Shown here piece after piece: positions 26,289-32,000 of a DNA stretch of 32,000 nucleotides. The first letter of the stretch is position 1. Each line of letters starts with the position of its first letter. Source of the stretch: an uncultured archaeon (GTDB lineage: Archaea > Asgardarchaeota > Lokiarchaeia > Sigyniarchaeales > Promethearchaeaceae). The stretch covers positions 1-32,000 of the forward strand of contig CAYRPF010000021.1 in NCBI GenBank assembly GCA_964426185.1, in the 5' to 3' direction. The position numbers and the translations under genes are program-made. Under the pieces are notes generated by a model. It was not told where the DNA came from and did no database searches. It was given only the letters and a program-made list of their open reading frames with translations.

Positions 26289-27554
26289 TTATGGTTTCAC
26301 GATGGGATCATTTTCTTGAACATAGGATTTTACCGAATTCGAGCTATTGGTTGAATAATATTTTACCAATAAAGGTAAAATCACCGCTGCAAAAAATATG
26401 CTAAAAATTAAAAGCAGTGTTTGCATCGGGCTTAATCCAAACAACCTAAATCTATCCAAAGCAAGGCCTATAAGTAGAGCTAAACCGCTATATATCAAAT
26501 TCAGTGCAAAATTTATGATTGAAAGAACGGTTGCTCTCTTATCTGAAGGAATATGATCATTGGTATATTTATCCATTACACTCCAAGTATAATCACGCGT
26601 GAAGAACAGCAGAAATAAGAAGAGTACACCTATAGGTCTTAATATTAATGCCATTAGCAGGAACATCGCGGCGAAAATTCCTACAATTAAGAAAAAAGAA
26701 CCTTTCTCTCCAATTTTTTGCTCTATCTTATAACGTAAAGGGCCAAAAAATCCGATTAAACCTCTGGTACAAGCAAAAATTACCCCAAAATATATAACTG
26801 GAACCATAGATTGCCTTAAATAAGGCTGTTCCATTATATTGACAAATATCATAGGGATCATCAACACTAGAATATTCACAATTAGAAGAAATCGTACTTT
26901 TTTTGTTTTCCAAGTAAAAGAGAGTGAATGGGTGATCAGTTCAATTTGGCCGGTGATAGTTTTAGGTGATTCCGATTCTGTAGGCTCCTTCATACTGAAA
27001 ATAAAAGCCGCAGCAATCAAACTCGCAATTCCATGGGCATATAACGGGAGCGAAATATTAATTGTATAAAGAAAACCGCCTGAAATAGAAGCAATAATAA
27101 TAGAGAATGCTCCAAAGATATCCTTTCTTCCCAAATACTTTAGATACAATGATTCTTGTTTTAACTCTTTTAAAGTATCATAAAATAATGCCTTTTCAGC
27201 ACCAGAAATCAAAGAATCACTCAATCCCATCATAATTCCAGCAAAAAAATACACCCAAAAATGAGTTGAGATGCCTGTCAATATTAAACTTAAACCCCAT
27301 ATGGTAAATCCTAATCCCACTGAGAGTTTACGACCGAAAATATCTGCGAAAGCGCCACTGGGGATATCAGTTAAAATTACAACCACTGCGATAATCGCTT
27401 CAATAGATCCCATTTGGAAAAAAGTAATTCCACGATCAAGGTAATATAGGACCGCAATTGGCATAGATATCCATAAATTTCTGAAAATTGTGGCTAAATA
27501 ATATAAAGGGATATTCTTCTTTAGTTGCTTTGCCATGTGCAAATTTTTTTTCAT
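26289..27554 (-). CDS. MFS transporter
   Basis: Motif A (SGAFADIFGRK), SGAEKALFYD, about 12 TM, RATVLS. Confidence 0.92.
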   Translation of the reverse strand: MKKNLHMAKQLKKNIPLYYLATIFRNLWISMPIAVLYYLDRGITFFQMGSIEAIIAVVVILTDIPSGAFADIFGRKLSVGLGFTIWGLSLILTGISTHFWVYFFAGIMMGLSDSLISGAEKALFYDTLKELKQESLYLKYLGRKDIFGAFSIIIASISGGFLYTINISLPLYAHGIASLIAAAFIFSMKEPTESESPKTITGQIELITHSLSFTWKTKKVRFLLIVNILVLMIPMIFVNIMEQPYLRQSMVPVIYFGVIFACTRGLIGFFGPLRYKIEQKIGEKGSFFLIVGIFAAMFLLMALILRPIGVLFLFLLFFTRDYTWSVMDKYTNDHIPSDKRATVLSIINFALNLIYSGLALLIGLALDRFRLFGLSPMQTLLLIFSIFFAAVILPLLVKYYSTNSSNSVKSYVQENDPIVKP

Positions 27555-27733
27555 AATAGAAATAAAAAACGATTTAATTTTAAGTTCTTATAATTTTGAA
27601 AATATATTTCCACGATGTACTGAAAATCAAATATTTTAAGCTAAGTGGTTGATATTAATCAATTATGTTCCAATTTTAGAAGCAAAAATGATTATTTTTT
27701 AATAGAATGGTTTCTGAATTTTCATGATCAGCG

Positions 27734-28534
27734 GTGACAAAAAAGGGCGAGCAAATTAAAGAACAAATACTTCGATATTTAGAACGGAACCCAGACGGAT
27801 TGCGTATCGGACAACTTACAAATCTATTAGGTGTTTCTCGAAATTCTGTCTATCGATACGTTCAAGAATTAGAAGAAAATGGGAAAATTAAAAAACATCA
27901 TCCGAAAATTTGGCGGCTCACTAAACCTTTCAAGCCTCAAACTATTCTTGGATATCAATACCAGGCATTGCTTCAAGGATTACGCCGCATCGGAGGCGAA
28001 ATGTGGGATATAAAAACGGAAAATGGGCGAAATAATTTTAAAAATTTGGGAAAATACATTTCTCCTCGGATGAAAGAATCTTCTAAGTTGGATTTAGAAC
28101 GTCTTAGGCAAAAAACCCATTATCTTCAAGATATTATTGAATATGGAATGAAATTAGTCGAAGAAGCCAGCTCGGTAGAACCTTTTAAGACTTCCTTTTC
28201 TCTTGATGATAATGGATTTCCCAACGAAAACACAAACATAGCTGCTATAGTTAGTTTTCACGGAGGATATGTTCAGACATCAAAAGTGAAAGGAAATGGA
28301 TTCGCTCATTATTATATCATAGCTGGAATTATTGAAGCCAATATGGAGCAGATAATTCCTACAATTTATGGGGGAAGAGTAGTGGTCGATGTTATTAAAA
28401 TGGATGAGGAAAACCAGAATGTGGAGTTGGGATTGTTTGTTTATTTTGATAAGGAGACACCTTTTATCGATCCTTACTCTAAACGCCGAATTCCTCATCC
28501 GCAGCGAGAAATAAGGATCCATGGGCATTATTAA
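27734..28534 (+). CDS. Winged-HTH transcriptional regulator with a possible V4R/H-NOX-like C-terminal domain
   Basis: QILRYL...GLRIGQLTNLLGVSRNSVYRYVQELEENGKI; C-terminal F..LG and AHYYIIAGIIE pattern. The ligand-binding domain is inferred. Confidence 0.8.
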   Translation: MTKKGEQIKEQILRYLERNPDGLRIGQLTNLLGVSRNSVYRYVQELEENGKIKKHHPKIWRLTKPFKPQTILGYQYQALLQGLRRIGGEMWDIKTENGRNNFKNLGKYISPRMKESSKLDLERLRQKTHYLQDIIEYGMKLVEEASSVEPFKTSFSLDDNGFPNENTNIAAIVSFHGGYVQTSKVKGNGFAHYYIIAGIIEANMEQIIPTIYGGRVVVDVIKMDEENQNVELGLFVYFDKETPFIDPYSKRRIPHPQREIRIHGHY

Positions 28535-28583
28535 TGAAATTTACATTAAAAAAGGAAGAGAAATGTTGGTAAAAGGGAAAAAA

Positions 28584-28615
28584 AGGGTGGAAAATTGTGT
28601 GAGTTCTTCCACCTT
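28584..28615 (-). terminator. Stem-loop followed by T-rich tract on the minus strand, between convergent genes
   Basis: GGTGGAA (28586-28592) pairs with TTCCACC (28607-28613). On the minus strand it is followed by TTTTTTTCCCTTTT. Confidence 0.4.
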
Positions 28616-28832
28616 AAGGATGTGTGATGGTTAACTTCTAATTTCTAAATTGGTTAAAATTATTTCTATTCTTAATTTGATTTTTATACATTTGAAAATG
28701 CACACTATAATCATCTTCTCTGAATATTATCCAATATTAGATAAATATTTGAAAAAATGCCAGAATAAGATAATAAGCAAGAAAAAAAGATAAAATTAGA
28801 TGAAAAAAAATTACCGAAAAAATCGCAAAGGA

Positions 28833-31325
28833 TTAAATAAATAGCGACATATTTGACCGATCGGAGGCTCCAAGCATGGTAGCCACTCCGCCGATCTCCA
28901 CTCCATCAATCAATTCCTCTTTCTTTATGCCCATCAAGTCCATGGTCATTTGGCAAGCAATCAGTTTCACGCCGTTTTTCTGCGCCGAGTCAATTAATTC
29001 CTGTAGTGAAGCCATGTTATAAGATTTCATTAATTTTTTAATCAATTTAGTTCCCAAGCCGCCCATGTTCATTTTTGAAATGGTTAGTCTCTCTGTTCCT
29101 CGAGGCATCATCTTCCCAAACAAACGTCCGATGAATGATTTCTTTACTCGGACTTTTTTAGGTTTACGCAATATATTCAAACCCCAGAAGGTGAAAAACA
29201 TATTAACCTCTTTTCCCATGGCTACTGCTCCGTTGGCAATAATAAACGAAGCAATGGCTTTATCCAAATCGCTACTGAAAACAATCATGTTTTTTCCATC
29301 AGGAAGATTGAAACCGGTTGGGGAAACCGCAGATTTTTGCTTGGGAATTTCTTTTTTAAGGTAGGCAACAATGGTACCTTTCTCTCGTTCAATTTTCAGC
29401 AATTTATTTTGAGTAGATTCTGCCCATGTCTGTACATCGTTGTAAAATCCTGGATCGGTGGCAGTTACCTTCAAGACTTCTCCAAAATTGAGGCTTTTGA
29501 TATGTTTAGAAACTTGCATTATAGGTCCTGGACAGGCTAAACCACATGCATCAATTTCGATAGCTGCCTGAGAATCGGGAGCTTTTTCCACACTTAATTT
29601 ACTTTGGGCTGCATGGATAACATCATTCACTCGAATGCTTAAATCATCGAAAATTCCTTCATTTGTCTGCTTCTCTTTTATAATTGTATATGCTTTGTAT
29701 CCACCGCTTAAATTTTTAACTTTAAATCCATTTTGTACCAATACTCGTTCGGCATAATACCCGCGTTGACCGGCTTGGCAGAATAACCAAATCTCTTTTG
29801 AGTTATCCAGCTCTTCTAACCGTTCTCTTAGTTGATCCAGCGGAATATGAACGGATTTGGGAATTGTTCCCAGTTTAACTTCTTCATCAGTTCTTACGTC
29901 TAAAAGCATTATCTTTTTAAAGTCAATTGAATCAACATCCTTTGGGTAAAATATTTCCATGTCCCCCTTCAAAATATTGGATGCCACGAACCCTGCAATA
30001 TTTACAGGATCTTTAGCACTTGAGTAGGGTGGTGCATAAGCAAGTTCTAATCCTTCCAAATCAAAGACTGTGAGACCCGCTCGGAGTGCAGTGGCAAGAA
30101 CATCAATCCTTTTATCAACACCTTCGTAACCAACAATCTGTGCTCCAAGAATTTTACCTTCATCCGGGGAAAACAGAAGTTTAATGGCCATAGGAATGGC
30201 ATTCGGGTAATAGCCCGCATGGGAGGAGTTCTGGGTAAAAGATTTTACATATGGAATATTCAAACGCTTTAAGGTTTTTTCATTACTACCCGTGGTGGCT
30301 ATAGTGAGATCGAAAATTTTGGCTATTGAAGTACCTTGGGTTCCCTTATACTGTTCTTTTCTACCTACAATGTTATTTGCAGCAATTCTTCCTTGCTTAT
30401 TGGCTGGTCCTGCTAAAGGAATGAGTGATTTATTACCGGTTACGAAATCTTTAACTTCAATAGCGTCTCCTATGGCATAAATGTCTGGATCAGATGTTTG
30501 TAAATATTCATTCACCAAGATTCCATCACGCTCACCGATTTTCAATCCTGCTTCTTCCGCTAATTTTTTTTCGGGTTTCACTCCTATCCCCAAAATAACC
30601 ATATTGCTCTCTAAGATTCTTCCACTCTGCAGTTGTACACGGATTTCGGTGTTTGAGATTCTTTCAAAGGATTTTACTCCATCAGAAAGATAAAGCTCTA
30701 CATTATGCTGCTTCAAGTGTTGGTGAACATAGGCGGCCATTTCAGGATCTAAAGGCGTCATAACTTGAGGTGCAAGTTCATTTACAGTGACTTTTAACCC
30801 CGCAAGTGATAAATTTTCGGCCATTTCCAAACCGATAAAACCACCGCCTATTACAGTAACATGAATTGGATGATAATTTTCAATGAAATTCTTAATCGCT
30901 CTCATATCTGGAATATTCCGCAACGTAAAAATATTGGAAGCATTAATGCCCGGAATGGGAGGGCGTAATGGCTGAGCACCTGGGCTTAGTATTAATTTAT
31001 CGTATTTTTCTTCATATTCATTATTATTGGTCAGATCTTTTAATATAACCACCTTATCTTGAGGTTTGATCTGAATCGCTTCAGTTTTAATTCGGACATC
31101 GATGTTGAAGTTATTTCGCAAATTTTCAGGGGTTTCAACCAATAACTTAGATTCATCTTTAATTACCTCTCCAATGTGGTAAGGTAAACCACAATTAGCA
31201 AAGGAAATATATTCTCCTCTTTCAATCATGATAATATTGGCGTGTTCATCCATACGACGCAAGCGGACTGCAGCCGAGGCACCACCTGCAACACCACCAA
31301 TAACAATATAAGTCAAGTTAGACAT
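28833..31325 (-). CDS. cdr: CoA-disulfide/persulfide reductase fused to rhodanese, TusA/SirA and DsrE2 domains
   Basis: GGVAGGAS, SFANCGLPY, GGGFIGLE, YAIGD, ELAYAPPY; rhodanese LDVR...FCQAGQRG; TusA DACGLACPGP; DsrE2 FFTFWG...ACQMTM. GGAGGA RBS at 31332-31337. Confidence 0.93.
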   Translation of the reverse strand: MSNLTYIVIGGVAGGASAAVRLRRMDEHANIIMIERGEYISFANCGLPYHIGEVIKDESKLLVETPENLRNNFNIDVRIKTEAIQIKPQDKVVILKDLTNNNEYEEKYDKLILSPGAQPLRPPIPGINASNIFTLRNIPDMRAIKNFIENYHPIHVTVIGGGFIGLEMAENLSLAGLKVTVNELAPQVMTPLDPEMAAYVHQHLKQHNVELYLSDGVKSFERISNTEIRVQLQSGRILESNMVILGIGVKPEKKLAEEAGLKIGERDGILVNEYLQTSDPDIYAIGDAIEVKDFVTGNKSLIPLAGPANKQGRIAANNIVGRKEQYKGTQGTSIAKIFDLTIATTGSNEKTLKRLNIPYVKSFTQNSSHAGYYPNAIPMAIKLLFSPDEGKILGAQIVGYEGVDKRIDVLATALRAGLTVFDLEGLELAYAPPYSSAKDPVNIAGFVASNILKGDMEIFYPKDVDSIDFKKIMLLDVRTDEEVKLGTIPKSVHIPLDQLRERLEELDNSKEIWLFCQAGQRGYYAERVLVQNGFKVKNLSGGYKAYTIIKEKQTNEGIFDDLSIRVNDVIHAAQSKLSVEKAPDSQAAIEIDACGLACPGPIMQVSKHIKSLNFGEVLKVTATDPGFYNDVQTWAESTQNKLLKIEREKGTIVAYLKKEIPKQKSAVSPTGFNLPDGKNMIVFSSDLDKAIASFIIANGAVAMGKEVNMFFTFWGLNILRKPKKVRVKKSFIGRLFGKMMPRGTERLTISKMNMGGLGTKLIKKLMKSYNMASLQELIDSAQKNGVKLIACQMTMDLMGIKKEELIDGVEIGGVATMLGASDRSNMSLFI

Positions 31326-31340
31326 GTTGTTTCCTCCATT

Positions 31341-31386
31341 TGAACATAAAGTTCATAATTACATTAATGAAACCTTTATAAAAGGT
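31341..31386 (-). promoter_or_regulatory. Two palindromes upstream of cdr: TGAAC-N5-GTTCA and ACCTTT-ATA-AAAGGT (the latter overlaps a TATA-like box)
   Basis: Positions 31341-31355 and 31372-31386. TTGAACATAA occurs at 31340 and again at 31447. Confidence 0.45.
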
Positions 31387-31554
31387 ATTGTGATTCTGGT
31401 GCACAACTAAAACTCAAATTCCATTTACTTCTCATAATTGTCAGTATTGAACATAATTTCGAAGAAAATGTTAGAAATTGCACTTTTTTGAAATAAATTT
31501 GATCAAAATTAAAAAAAAAATTTCAATATTTTCAATATTTTTGTCAATTCGCTT

Positions 31555-32000
31555 TTATCCCCTTATATATGCTCCGGCACATCCTAAAACTTCTGCATTT
31601 TTTCGCTTCATCATTTTAATCAATTCATCCCTGGCTGGACCCAAATATTTCCGTGGATCAAAGACCTTCGGTTGCTCCTTTAAAATTTTGCGAATCATAG
31701 CCGTCATTACCAATCGACCATCAGAATCTATATTTACTTTCGCCACGCCATGTTTGGTTGCTTCACGAATTTGATCTTCCCGAACTCCGAAAGCTTTTTC
31801 TAGATTTCCACCGTTTTCATTGATAATTTTAACATATTCTTGTAGCACAGAAGACGAACCATGCAAAACAATTGGATATTTGCGACCTAATTTTTGCCTG
31901 ATATCTTTCAAAATATCAATTCGGAGAGGTGGTACGTCTTCTAATCTGTCTACCTTAAATTTATACGCTCCATGAGAGGTTCCAATTGAAATAGCAAGAG
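31555..32000 (-). CDS. fba: Class II fructose-1,6-bisphosphate aldolase, C-terminal part; starts beyond the window
   Basis: Extending the frame to the window edge gives LAISIGTSHGAYKF...PIVLHGSSSV...GV.KVNIDSDGR...FDPRKYLGPAR. Confidence 0.93.
   Translation of the reverse strand, partial: LAISIGTSHGAYKFKVDRLEDVPPLRIDILKDIRQKLGRKYPIVLHGSSSVLQEYVKIINENGGNLEKAFGVREDQIREATKHGVAKVNIDSDGRLVMTAMIRKILKEQPKVFDPRKYLGPARDELIKMMKRKNAEVLGCAGAYIRG

Noticed and set aside
28535-28832. Possible SECIS element or ncRNA in the 300-bp gap
   Set aside because: No in-frame TGA selenoprotein candidate nearby; the hairpin is adequately explained as a terminator-like structure.
1-32000. tRNA, rRNA, CRISPR arrays, transposases, integrases
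   Set aside because: No GC-rich structured stretch of suitable length, no regularly spaced repeats and no mobile-element motifs seen by eye; tRNAscan-SE and Infernal would confirm.

Overview
AT-rich, densely coding archaeal window, very likely from an Asgard archaeon (Lokiarchaeia/Promethearchaeota-like). This is inferred from archaeal housekeeping genes (tRNA-splicing endonuclease subunit, PIN-ATPase) occurring together with eukaryotic-signature-type proteins: a longin + Arf-like GTPase fusion, a gelsolin-domain protein and an ESCRT-II Vps22/EAP30-like protein. There are about 28 CDSs. I found no rRNA, tRNA, CRISPR array or mobile element. The strongest candidate for a new system is a membrane-anchored protein with two tandem Vps22/EAP30-like winged-helix modules (4640-6382), transcribed divergently from a MIT/TPR-like + Zn-ribbon gene and close to a longin-GTPase/coiled-coil cluster. 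Other oddities: an HdrD/GlpC-like Fe-S protein whose CCG-domain cysteines are nearly all replaced; an HTH-fused inositol-1-phosphate synthase with repeated upstream motifs; an EndA subunit lacking the catalytic Tyr and His; a PINA ATPase lacking its KH domain; a DHDPS-like aldolase coupled to a large unknown enzyme-like protein; and a rhomboid protease with a winged-helix tail next to a GT-C-like glycosyltransferase. All family assignments come from motif recognition by eye; no database searches were run.
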